Source: Takakia lepidozioides
Taxonomy: Eukaryota > Plantae > Bryophyta
DNA: 64,000 nucleotides
Assembly (NCBI GenBank): GCA_030704615.1
Contig: CM060731.1
Location: 34,162,001 to 34,226,000, forward strand
Direction: 5' to 3'
The notes below the pieces were generated by a model. It saw only the letters and a program-made list of their open reading frames with translations, made no database searches and was not told the origin of the DNA. The position numbers were made by a program, and so were the translations under genes. Below, one piece after another: positions 40,001 to 52,984 of the stretch; the first letter of the stretch is position 1, and each line of letters opens with the position of its first letter.

Positions 40001-43000
40001 AAATGACCCTCCCAAGGATGCCAGACTGGGAGTTAATGTTTCCAGGCTAATAGCTTCAGGAGGCACCTTATCTGACACACTATTGTGTGCCTCCAGCATG
40101 TCCTGGAGTTTTACACATGATGGCTTCTTTATCACCATCATGGCACTTGCCTTCTTGTTGAGCGGACTGGTACTGAAACTCACATTCGTCAGGGAGCTAC
40201 GCTTGAAAAAGGATCTTTGAGTGGAAGCTGCAGCATTCTTCAAGAAAGAGAAGGCTTGTCCCACTGTCTTGAAGCCTGCATTCCTGCCCTTCCTCCAAGA
40301 CTTCATTCTCTTGCCCGCCCAAGATTCAATTGATGAGTACCCAATGCAAGAGAGCCTGGAAGAAATTCTAATGTTTGGTATCTTGGGGGCCCCATGCCAC
40401 TGCGAGGAGTACACCTGAGCAGGAAGTGCAAAGCTGGGATAAACAAGACTGCAGCAATCAACTCTTGGAGACGACAGACCCTAATTAGTCTTTGAAATAA
40501 TGGGGTTTGAGGAGCATCTCTCTTTGCAATCTTTGAAGGAACATTTTTCCAAGCCCTACTAATAACTAAAGTTCAGTATCCTACAAAGATTCAAGAAACC
40601 TCATAAACAAGGGGTCAAATTTCTGTGACGCCTCTTCTAAGTATCTATCTGGACAAACTGCTACACTTTTCTCATACCATTTCAACTGATGTAAGCCTTG
40701 CACCCTAGAAACTGAAAGAAACAAATGAACCAGTCTGAGATAGAAACAGACGCAAATTATTTAGCATTAATTCTTTACAGCCCCTATCACAAGGGCTTTG
40801 CTGAAGGTTTCATCAAAGAACTTCCGTGAGAGCCAGCTCAGTGGCAAGGGCTGGAACCCACTGGTGGCGTCAGTCTCTTCCACTACACGGCACAACTAGG
40901 TTACCACAATGGCTTGTATCCAAGAATGGAGCAGGCTCAAGCTGGGAAATGATGGAAGAGGATAAAATGATGCCACTTGGGGATGCTAAAAAGGCCAGAA
41001 AGGTGACTATGTTCCCGTGGAAGGCTTGGGATGCTGTCTATTTAGCGTCAGTATTGCTGTCTCATGGCGAAGTGGAGCTCATGGATGGGTCATGTCCCAT
41101 CATGGAAATTTTGCTACAGTGGGTAGGACGGGATTCTCAAGCACTGGCACTCCGGTAAGTAAAAGACCATTCTCTGGTCTGCTCCCAACAAGGAAATACA
41201 TTTCTTGGCAGGCTCCCTGCTCACTTGGGATCTCCTTCACTCCAACAGTCTCTAAGGCTGTCGGTGTGCTAGGTGAAGGACTACTTTTCACTCCGACCTT
41301 TTTCCCAATTTCACATGTCAGGCATATCAGATCCTGAATCCATAAGGATGTTCAGAAGTGTAGCTTTGATGCTCAGGCTGCTCTGCTGGATGATTTCCAC
41401 AAGGCCTTAGGGAATTGGGCCAGCTTCTTTGGCAGCTGGCTTTCCCTCTTTTCTTTTGGGCTCTAGGGAGCAGCTCCCCACCCTTTCCTGCGCTTTTGAT
41501 GGTTCCTCTGAGCACCACAGTTCGTCTTTCAAAAAGAAAAAGACTGGACGTGTGTCAGCTACCACAACTGATATATACTGGGTTAAACAGTAATCCTTCC
41601 ATTCCTCATCTTGTTCAGAGATTACAAAAAATCGCAATTTCTTACATCCTTGCAAAACAGTTGGTTCTCAAAGTACAGCCAGACATAGCTGACACTGGAT
41701 GGAAGAACTTTGAAGTTGCACTACCTCAAAGACACCATCCTGGTTGCTAGTCAAATTATCTGAATCAGCATCGTCCTCCTTAGAAACCCCAGAGGTTGGA
41801 TTCTCTAACTGCGGAAACCCTCCTAGGAAACTGTCACAATTTGTGTGTCCCGCTTCTGCAAGCTGCAACTCACCAGACATAGATGCATGGGCAGGCGGCA
41901 CCTGGTTGAGGTTGAAATTTTGGTACAGCTCGTGTATATTTAATGCTTTTCCAAGTCCATAGAGAACCCCAAACACTTTCTAACATCTTTAACTTCTCAT
42001 AACCTAGTGTATTAATGATCCTTAAATCTGCAGTTAAGCACTTTTTAAACACTAGATTTCAACTTGGGTGCCAATTCTGTGTAGTGCACAACCCTCAATA
42101 GAGTGTAGGACGACCTGACAGCACCTAATTATCACAATTATTGCATAAGAGAGATGGTGCCTGCCAAGCCAGTGCAATGAACTCTTTCATTCATAAACCC
42201 GTTTCGTTTCAAGTTCAATTCGGGCAATGGTACTAAAACGATTGTATGCTGATGTACATAGCATATTACGTCAAAAATGCAATTAATGACGAGTCTGGCA
42301 GACACGATGTTGTAAGAAAACGATAAGTGTAAGCTTAAGTGCTCCAATGTTTCTGAAGAAGGTTTCAGTCTGAACAGACTTGGTTATCCTCTGCCTTTGG
42401 ACTATGTAAGAACCATGCAAGTAAGGTCAAACAAGAAGGGTTTGGAGAGGTAAGGCTCAAATTTTACTCCAGGAACATGAACCACAACAGGCTGGCAATT
42501 GCAACACAGTGCAGATGGGGATGAAAGCCGGGAGGAGTTCACACAGTGCTTACATTCTCCTTCATTGCAACTGCTTACCAGGGAGCAAATGGAAGCAGCC
42601 TCCTCCAAAATATCTTGCAAGCCAACATTCAGGGAGTCGATCCCCACACCCAAGCTGGCTGCCATTGTGGCTGTAGAGCACGACCCAAGCTGCGATGAGA
42701 CTGGTGCAACGCCAGATCCATCAATGCCATCAATATCACCAGAAGTGTGTCCAGAGGGATTGTTGACTTTTAGCTGCCCATTGAAGGCACGAGATAGCTT
42801 TCTTCTGCCTTTCATTTTGAGACTGATTACTGTGCATCAATTGGGAGATAGTGCATTAGACAGAGGGCACAGCCATGGGGGACCTACATACGATGGAGGA
42901 CGACGAGAGTCAGGTCTGGTATACAGCATAGAACGACGATTGTATGAAAGAAGACAGATCACTGGCGTTGGAAGGTTCTCTGTTTCTTCACAAAACTCGT

Positions 43001-43067
43001 TATATCTTAAGCCCCGTTGTCTGTATTTGTCAAAGTCTTTAGCTTGAATCCTTCGGGAAGAGTGCAT
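22048..43067 (-). CDS. CENPJ: SAS-4/CENPJ (CPAP)-like centriole/basal-body protein, very large; 5' end tentative
   Basis: C-terminal TCP/G-box exons 26029-25877 (RRVHFLNGDIKNLLADGSIEYYYNKVDTWHTTKPDGVNVYVFPNNQ) and 22131-22048 (VEECWPDGQKKIVFPDG...*). CPAP-like coiled-coil exons 33638-33361 (KVSSFRKERNRLERL), ~33062 (RLVRERTAWQKQK), ~32783 (PDRKKSTELEAV...W), ~31518 (KLRHANDELSGRIRKL). Giant exons 40414-36257 and 36056-33914 join in phase. Exons above 40414 (41901-41725, ~42822-42468, 43067-~42892) and some middle exons are tentative. Confidence 0.75.
22918..23150 (-). pseudogene. Decayed LINE RT core fragment
   Basis: GMFINAL...FIYVDDPLL...FAKEFHWQVN matches the non-LTR RT motifs around YxDD. 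Confidence 0.6.
23295..23915 (-). mobile_element. Nested family A LINE fragments
   Basis: LKGILGARATTPLQILRVEFACIP thumb-region fragment (duplicated at 25425-25530) plus 3' ends with AAGCTCAAAGAGCTT at ~23315 and ~23700. Confidence 0.6.
24032..25040 (+). mobile_element. 5'-truncated LINE family B (RTE-X-like) with 14-bp TSD
   Basis: TSD TCTATCTGCAGACT at 24018-24031 and 25041-25054. Two frameshifted ORFs: RPALEYGSAIW...LESIQ...AVRGEFGIPSL and KLRAGSLPL...CPLCGQSEDSIHFLIHCP (CCHC finger). Confidence 0.88.
25533..25800 (-). mobile_element. Two tandem family A LINE 3' ends
   Basis: Each ends in ...TTATAAAGCACC(ATTTC)n; [21 protein letters not shown] in the 25533-25712 copy. Confidence 0.75.
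26669..26717 (+). repeat. 20-bp tandem repeat x~2.5 (GGGTTGGGGATGCAGTGTCG)
   Basis: Direct observation. Confidence 0.85.
29899..30168 (-). mobile_element. Family B LINE 3' end (29972-30168) in tandem with a diverged ~72-nt terminal unit (29899-29971)
   Basis: Near-identical to 24845-25040 (same C-terminal peptide ...GRGVNGHKATANNVL*). Confidence 0.85.
31680..32514 (-). mobile_element. Cluster of short LINE 3' ends (families A and B)
   Basis: Family A ends near 31720-31795, 31855-31910, 31975-32045 and 32130-32225; family B ends near 31818-31838 and 32455-32514. Confidence 0.7.
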
Positions 43068-44150
43068 ATCTCCCTCTTCCCTCTCCCCTTAACTGTCCCA
43101 TTCTGCATCCAAATGCACCTGGACTGCATCCCCGCCATTCCATCACTCCCTCTCCTGAGCTTATGCCAGGGTCCACATATCTCTGGATCGCCAATATTTG
43201 TTTCATGGGAGCAGCTATACATTGTGCGGGACGACCAAGCAACCACCTAACTTGCACAACTTCAATATTCCAAGGCAGTCCAGGGAGCAGAATTCACCTT
43301 CCCAACAATCTAATAATCCAACGCCAGCATCATGGCGCAATGCAACTTTCTCGCACGCATTGAATGAGGCACGTTCCAACTTTCCTGCCGTCTAACAATC
43401 AGATGATGTGCGACAATTGTCATCAGCATATGGCGGCAAGAAAACTGCTACCAAGCAATTCTGACACAGAATTCGACTTCTTTTCAGCAGCTAACAGTTC
43501 CCTCTGTGGCTAAATGTCGGCATTACGTCAACACTAGATCTCATACGTCAACATTTCAACGCAGAGCGGGAGACAGGGGCAGATGCCCGGGATGCAGGAG
43601 ATGAGAGCAGGCCTGCATGGAATTCCAAGAGTTGCTACATGCCTAAACCTCGCGAATTTCAGAAGCCCTACCTTCCGAGGCATTTAGTTTTCTCGGGTGG
43701 GCTACATGGCAAACCTGGGGACGTTTCATTCCTGCACTGAAGGGGTGTCAAGGCTCTGCTTATGAATGTAAAAATGAACGAAAGCAAAAACATCCACAGA
43801 TTGCGCACCATAGGCCTTCTTGCATACCCAGCCAGCCTCTAGCAATTGGTGTTGTCTGAGATCAAGACCATTGTTTCAAACCAGCAAGCAACAACGATCA
43901 AGGAGCAAACCTGGCTACTACAGTTTCGGACCGATGACCGCATATCACATTCCAAAGCTTCAACAACATCTTCACTTCAAGAAATCCTAACAAAACCTGG
44001 CACTCACGTTGTGCAACTTATCATGTCGCGATCTGCGATGTAACCTTGCACCATCACGAAATATACATTCGCATCACTAGCATGCAGGAAACCGGTAGGA
44101 TCCAAATTGAAGGGATCAACAGTGTAAGAAATTAGTATGTTGAAGTTCCT

Positions 44151-44163
44151 GGGTTTAGGGTTT
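44151..44163 (-). promoter_or_regulatory. Telo-box in divergent SAS-4/PPR upstream region
   Basis: GGGTTTAGGGTTT (AAACCCTAAACCC on minus), ~145 bp upstream of the PPR ATG. Confidence 0.45.
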
Positions 44164-44307
44164 TGCGTGGTGTTATTCCTGACATCAGTTCAGTTTTCTG
44201 GGCCTCTGCGGAAGGAACAATCATCCAGGCACGCAACTGTCCGGCTATGGGATAGCTGAACTCCATTCCTTCGCTCGGAGAGGTATTTTGTATTTTTAGT
44301 TGGGAGT

Positions 44308-46680
44308 ATGGCAGTCGCTTCCCCTTCCTTCAGGCCTGCAGGCTGCAAGCTGTTAGTTCAGCCTCCGGGTCCGTCTGGCCGCCATAGTGTTTACACCAGA
44401 AGCAATACCTGTAGGCCAATTAGGTGCAGCAGCAGCAATGCTCAAATAACTACTTTGTTTAACGAGAAAACGTTGGCCAGACCTCAAATTCCTTCTCCTA
44501 ATAGCAATGGGAGTAAACGTGTCATCAGTGATCAGCTGCTGGGTGAGCAATTGCGCCTGCTGCAGCTGGAATCCCTCACTAAGAAGGTGCTCGGATCAAG
44601 CAGCGATTCAAGACAATTGGAACATTCTGAGAAAGAAAGAGTTTCTAGGCAGGCGCTTGCAACAGATAGAGAAAGTCATTTGCGTGCGAATGGATGGAGG
44701 CCACCTCCCTCAAGTCCTGTGGAAGAAGTGCTTCAGCTGTAAGATTCAAACCATCCTGTTAGATGATCCACCCTCGCACCTCCTCTCTGTTTGTAGAGGC
44801 CTCACACACTTCCTGGAACTCAATTTGGAACTCTCTTATACCCTGGCATGCTGCATCTTGGGGGAGGTGTACAAGCGGGATGAGGCCCATTGTTGCATTA
44901 GGACTCTCTTCAGTTTCATACATTCTTCTGCGCCTTATCTGGAGAAAGTGGGATTGGAGTAGTTCCTCTGGATTTTGTATGCTCGTACTCATCATTTATG
45001 TATCCATGTTTCCGAATTACACTTGTCAGAACCTTGTGGAATGCTCTTCTTATGAGCAGTCACAAGATACTGACTTGGCAATGCAATTGTACTTCTTGTA
45101 CTAAGAATAACCTTCACCTCCTTTTATCCAACTGCAGACTTAAAGACGCAGATGAGTGCGAGGAGGGAGTGGTGGTGGCTATGCGGGACTGGAAGGGATA
45201 TCTCAATTCATGGGATGTAGTTGCACTTCTCAATAACCTGAAAAGATGGCAAATGGCTATCGTTTTTTTCAGGTGGTTGCAGCGGCAAGGAAGTTCAAGC
45301 CTTAATATCCATAGCTATAATGTAATCCTTAAAGTGCTGCGAAGGGGCCGCCAATGGAAACTTGCAGAAAGGATTGCTGAAGACATGATTCAGGCCAGCA
45401 TCCTGCCCGACAATGTTACTTACAGCACTCTAATCAGCTGTGCAAATCGTGCCAATTATCAGGTTTGAGCTCAACAGGCTGTTCAATCCTTTGTCAGAGG
45501 AAGAGACGACTGTATATGTCCTCCATAAGGTACTCTGTTAAGTCAGGACATGAAAATTGCCAGTTACTCGAGGGAAAAAATCCAGTACTAATTTCAGTAA
45601 GTGTTGCCCCTCTCCTGTTCCCTGCCTTTGGCTTGCTTTACCAGGACGGGTCAGGTTTAGAGTTCATGAGTACAAAGTACTGGCACTGAGATCTGTGGTG
45701 GGACTACATTTTGATCTCTCCTCCTCTCCTCTCCATATACAATTCGCATGTCCAGATTATAATCACTTACAGGATAAGCTTTGCCTTTCCCTTGGTCTAG
45801 GGCCAATTGTATATACCGTGGCAGATGCTTCTTCTCTCCCTGAAGATTGACAAAGAAGAATTCACATATGCACTCCCTTTCCTTTTTGATCACGAGGCCA
45901 AGCAGTGCCACGGTGGTATAGATTTTGTTCAAGATGTTATAAAGATCATCATATTTACTAAGAATTGAATTACTTGTGTGTCACCAGGACGACGCATTGA
46001 AATGGTTTGACAAAATGTATAAGGCTGGTTGTACCCCTGACGAATCGACATACAGCTCCATGATACATGTGTATGGAAAGTCTGGCCATTGGGATGAAGC
46101 AGTGGCCCTGTATGAGGGCTTGAGAGAATCTGGGTGGAGGCCTGACAAAGGTGTATATGGAACTATGATTAAGATCTATGGAAAGGCTGGGAACTCGAAG
46201 CAAGCAGTTATGATCTTCTGGCAGATGAAGGACCAAGGCATTCAACCTGACTTGGTTGTTTACGACACTTTGCTTTCTCTTTTGGGTAGGTTGGGTAGAT
46301 CCACCCATGCTAAGGAAATCTTTGAAGAGATGGAGAAGTCAGGAGTGAAGCCCACTGCAACTACATTGAGCACAATAATCGGAACTTACACAAGGGCTGG
46401 GGATTACAAAGCTGCCTTTAGGGTTTTCCAAAATTTGAAAGAGCAGGGTCATGTGTGTGATGTAGTTGTTTACAACACTCTAATAAAGATGTGTTTGGGG
46501 GCTGGTTTAGTCAAAGAAGCCGAGTATTTCTTGAGGGAGATGGTAGCAGCAGGGTGCCAGCCCAACAATTGGACCTCCCAGAACATGATAAACCTGTATA
46601 CAAAACGGAGCAGGATATCGAGGCCTTCATTTAGTACACAGTTTAGATTGAGGAATGGCCCTGTTGTTGGACCTGCTTGA
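44308..46680 (+). CDS. P-class pentatricopeptide-repeat protein, probably plastid-targeted
   Basis: Exons 44308-44738, 45138-45462, 45988-46680 are phase-consistent. Ser/Arg-rich transit-like N-terminus; tandem 35-aa repeats (YNVILKVLRR..., TYSTLISCA..., TYSSMIHVYGKSG..., VVYNTLIKMC...). Confidence 0.9.
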
Positions 46681-47908
46681 GACATGGAAGGATGCTCTCA
46701 CGACATACAGATGCGTATGTTCATTGCGTCAATCCATCTTTGATCTTGCATCCTCTCTGAATGCTCCTGTTCTCGCCGCTCTCTAGCAGTTGAAGCTCAG
46801 TGAAGCAACTCTCTATCTCTAACAGATCGTGGAGGTTATGACAGCTCCGGACCAACTTGTATAGCCGAGGTCAGTTTCTATCCTCTGTTGTGGCAAATGC
46901 ATATAGTAGTGTTGATTGTAGCAAGGTTGTCTATGCAGCAGCAGCGAGTATATTGGAAATGGCAGAATAGCCAAAGCTTACAAACTCTTATGTCAATGTT
47001 GAAGTGGTTCCGTTTAACCTGTCTTGCAATTCAAGAGTGTCCACCTCCATCAGGACTGCATTCTCTCACAGGATTTTTTGTCCTCACGAAACTAAAAATT
47101 GTTTGAACCCGATCACTAAATGTATGTCTTCAGCATGTGAGCTGAATTAGATGTTGTATGATATTTAACAGAGTGTAATTGAACATCTTGGTAAAGAGGC
47201 AGTTTTGTTGAAGGCAATTTTTCCTCTGGCATTCTGGAAGCTGAGCCATGTACACAACTGTTAACAAGAGGAGTCCAGACCAGTCTTCACTCACTTATTT
47301 TTTGTGGGATAGATTGGGTAATGTATATGCATTTTGCAACTCTCTGATCATGCTATGTGTGATTGTCACAGGGACACCTGATATCTCTACAGTGGACTCA
47401 AAGAGCTGTCTGGGCTTCACAGAGCACTCATTCTGAAAATCCCAGTTTGGACCTTCAAACAGTAAATTAGAAAGCAAGTAAATTTTGGCTGATGTAAGCG
47501 TTTGAACTCTGAACTCTGGAGCATACCCTCGTTTGATATGCTCATATTTTTGAAAGCATGCTGCAAACTTGTGAGACAAACTTGAGTCATGGGTTCTTGG
47601 GTACGGAGAAAGAACATCACACTCCGAAGTAGCAGAAACTGCCACCTCTTGCAATTTTGTCTGAGTCTCTGTGCTTGCATCTGTTTCTCATCATATTCAT
47701 GCAAGTAACAACAATTGGGGCAGACACTGCGAGCAGAGCTGTGATCATACTGTTGTGGTAGGCCACTTTTGAGGGGGTTTATTTGTCTCTCTATCCTCTC
47801 GGAACTATAATTATATATTGGGAACTTTCAATTATGAAAACAAACTTATTAAATAAAGATAAGAATAAGCATCTAGGGTTACCCAGGTGTGGAGTGGACC
47901 GGGGGTAG

Positions 47909-47917
47909 AAACCCTAA
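47909..47917 (+). promoter_or_regulatory. Telo-box upstream of ribosomal protein gene
   Basis: AAACCCTAA ~90 bp before the ATG, typical of plant translation-machinery genes. Confidence 0.6.
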
Positions 47918-48003
47918 AGCCCTGGGGATTCCAATTCTTTCAGCGTTGCGTGCTGCTGCCGTGGGAGCGTCGTGCTGTGCGGGCGTCTACACAGCAAGCC
48001 ATC

Positions 48004-49693
<1,690 letters not shown>

Positions 49694-50361
49694 GATACAT
49701 GCCTGGCCTAGCTCTGTCAGTAGCGTGGTTTAGTCAGACTACACAGTTACCTTGTGACATGGACTTCACTGGTTGCATGTGCTTTTGTTCCACTTACTGA
49801 CTTTGTGCCATTCCTCCACAAGTTGGCAACATGATTATTGAATCATGTTTAGGGGGTCTAGGTAATTTCTCTCAAACAGTAGTAGTGTCCTCAGCTAGGA
49901 ATTGCTCATGTTGTGTGCATACCTTCTGATGGGTTTGGTTGGATCTGAAAGGTCTGTTCCTTCAAAATTAGTCACATGCCCAATTGGTCAGAAGTGTACA
50001 CTGCAAGTTGTATCGAAGGCTCCCTAGTTTGAGCTTTTAGGGTTTGGTTTAAAATGATGAACCGGCCAGTAGTGACACGCGAATGCTGGATATTACTAGT
50101 CAGGACACTTGCTAGCCGTAGATAGGTCAATTGTGCTTAACTATTTTTGGATGGTACAAATGACGGATTTTGAGAGGTTTTAGCACAAAGGAACATGATC
50201 CCTACATTATCGGTCCCAATATGGATGTGGCTTAATTTTATGGCAAGCGCGTGAGCTGACGCGTACGGCCTGCGAGGTACAGCCGGGGACCCCGCTCCGG
50301 CGAGCTAGACGACCCATGTCAAATCATCCCCATCCCACTTTTACAGCAGTAAGGAGCTTAC

Positions 50362-50525
50362 TGACAACAGGAATCCGCCTGCAAGCATAATGGCTTGCCA
50401 TTTTCGAGAAAAGGCCCACTCCAGAGAGACATGGCATCTCCACATTCGTCAACACCAGGTCAAATTCTTTGTTGGCATCCCGCAACCGTTCCCAAGCTGA
50501 CATACCATTCGAAGCCGTGGTAACT
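50362..50525 (-). pseudogene. Captured pseudo-response-regulator (PRR) receiver-domain exon fragment
   Basis: VTTASNGMSAWERLRDANKEFDLVLTNVEMPCLSGVGLFSKMASHYACRRIPVV, followed by donor GTAAG (50361-50357). No other PRR exons found in the window. Confidence 0.8.
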
Positions 50526-50529
50526 CCTC

Positions 50530-51690
50530 CGCCCCTTGCCCCGCCCCTGCCCGCCTGGAACCCCTGACCGCTGGCCACGCGGCGCCCCCCACAGCACAGC
50601 CCGATCTTCAGCCACGTGGTGGCCCCCCGCTGTGGATCCCCTCTGGATCCCCGCACTCAGTTGATCCCCCTTCCGGTGCAGGAGTGATCCCCCAACCCCA
50701 TCTCTACCCACGTGGCACTACCCCGAACAGTCGATCCCCTCCCCATCCATCCAACCTCAATTAAATGGATGACGGTCGGATGAAGGCCCCATGACACGCC
50801 CATTGCCACGTGGCGCTTCCGCCGTCGTCGATCCCCTCCTCCCATCCACGGCGCTCTCCCCCAGACATCGCCCCTCCCCCCGGCGCGCCTTGATCCCCCT
50901 TCCGGACCGGGAGTGATCCCCCAATCCTAATCGCCCACCACGTGCAGCTCCCCACCCCCCGGCCGATCCCCTCTTCCCATCCATGGCGCGATCCCCCGAC
51001 ACGTCGCCGCTCCCCCCGACCTGGCTTGATCCCCACTCCGGACCGGCAGTGATCTCCCACCCCTAATCGCCCGCCATGTGCTGCTCCCCCGAACTGTCGA
51101 TCCCCTGCTCATCCATCCAACCTCAAAACAATGGATGTTTTGGGTCATCCGCCCCTCATCCCCCCGCCATCCTCCCGCGCAGTGGATGGACGACGGCCGG
51201 ATGAAGGCCCCATGGCACGCCCACCGCCACGTGGCGCTTCCCCCGCCGTCGATCCCCTCATCCCATCGGAGGCGCGATCCCCCGCGACTGGGTGATCCCC
51301 TGTCCAGGGCGGGAGTGGTCCCCCACTCCCAATCGTGCGCCACGTGGTTCTCCTCGAACCGTTGATCCACTGCGCATCAATCTTACTTGCAACCATTGCC
51401 GTTCACAGTGACACGCCGCCACGTCGCAATCCCCTCCGCCGTCGATCCCTCCAACGGTTAGAGGCCTGATCCCCCGAGCCCAGGCGCGGTCCTCGGGGCC
51501 TTCGACCATAGACGGCGCAATCCCCGCGCTGTCGCTCCCCACGCCTCGATTGATCCCCTCCTCCAATTCGGGGACTGATCCCCCTCCCCACATTTTCCGC
51601 CACGTGCTGCTCCACGGTGCCCTGGTCTTGCCGCCGATCTCCTACTTTGATCCCCCTTCGACCGATCCCCCAATCCCTTCCATTTCCAAC
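50530..51690 (+). repeat. GC-rich degenerate repeat array rich in GATCCCC and CACGTG
   Basis: Roughly twenty GATCCC(C) motifs; blocks 50730-50850 and 51096-51267 are diverged duplicates. Confidence 0.8.
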
Positions 51691-51912
51691 GGTGGGTATC
51701 GCACCACGCGGACCTGCATGTGCTGTTCACTTCGTCGTGGAGGTAGGGTTCTCCATCTGGATTGAGCGAGGGTTTCCAGCTGTCGTGCTTGTTCGTGCTC
51801 CTGCTTCGATGGGCTTGGGATGACCTGCCAGGGCCTCAATCGTGTGCGCTCTACGGCGGGGTTTGTGATTCTCTTGCGACTCACTTCTTGCATACAATGC
51901 GTACAGGGGGTT

Positions 51913-51949
51913 TTCTTCTTCTCTTCTTCTTCTTCTTCTTCTTCTTCTT
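51913..51949 (+). repeat. (TTC)n microsatellite
   Basis: Direct observation. Confidence 0.9.
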
Positions 51950-52984
51950 TTGTTGTTCTTTCTTGTTTGTCTCTTTCTTGTTTGTTGTTTGTTCTTTTGA
52001 AAACTGACAGGATTGGCGTAGGCTGCACCAAATCCCATGTGCAGGGGGATGAGGATCTGTAACTATAGTTTCTTTCGCATATTAAACTTCAGCCTCAACT
52101 TCATGTTTGTTTTTTCATACTACTTATCTTGCTAGATTCAAATGTGAACATCTGTGTGTTGCAGAATCGAACATGGTTGGGTATCGAGCAGCTGAATAGG
52201 ATTGATGGAGGTTGGAGAGTCCAAGATGGTTGTATACCGGCCAGCTCATAATGCATGCACTTATAGGGATTTCTTTTTCGACCTAGCATGGTGTTTTACT
52301 CGTCCTACACAACGGTCTCTTCTCATGTTCCCTGCCCCTGCAGTTTTGGTCCCCTTTCTCTTATGAGTTGTCTCCCTCCCTCAATCCGTCACTTGCAAAC
52401 CCCCAAATATCCAATCCCTCCCGAGTTTTTGCTCCCCCACTATTTGGTCCCCCCCGCCGCTCCCCCTGTCTTCGATGCTTACGTGTCACCTCCCTGACCA
52501 CAAAATCGCCATGCATGTCATATCTAGTACTCTCCGCACATGTCAACTCCCATCTACTAACATCCCCCCACGTGTCCAGTCCCCCTACTTTGATCCCCAT
52601 GTTCTGGGAGTGGCTAGGGGTTCGCTCCCCCTTCACATCTCCCCATGCCTGCTCCCCCTTATGACGGCCCAGATCCCCCACGTGTCGACATCAGTGATCC
52701 GCACTTTGGTGTTGTTGCCACGTGTCCATCGACTGATCCCCTGCTCCCCCACGTGCCCGCTCCCCTAGGTACACTGCACATGCGGAATGTCTTCCTCGTG
52801 AAGCGACTCTTCGGTGGCGGCTCTTCGTTGTGGTTTTTCATCTGCTCTACTCATATCCTCTTTGCTGTCTATGTTGTGTGTTTTCCTTTTGTTCGTTGCA
52901 ATCCGTGTGCTCTTCCTTGTTTTCTCTGGCTTCTGTTCCTTGCTTTTTATTTTCTGTATTTTCGGCGTCGTGTGCTCGTTGCCG

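Noticed and set aside
33960-40418. Numerous short plus-strand ORFs
   Set aside because: They are antisense shadows of the long minus-strand exons.
44151-44163. Telomerase RNA template
   Set aside because: No USE/TATA Pol III promoter context seen; better explained as a telo-box.
50530-51690. CRISPR-like array or many overlapping GC-rich ORFs
   Set aside because: The repeats are short and irregular with no constant repeat-spacer period, and there are no cas genes. The ORFs are by-products of high GC.
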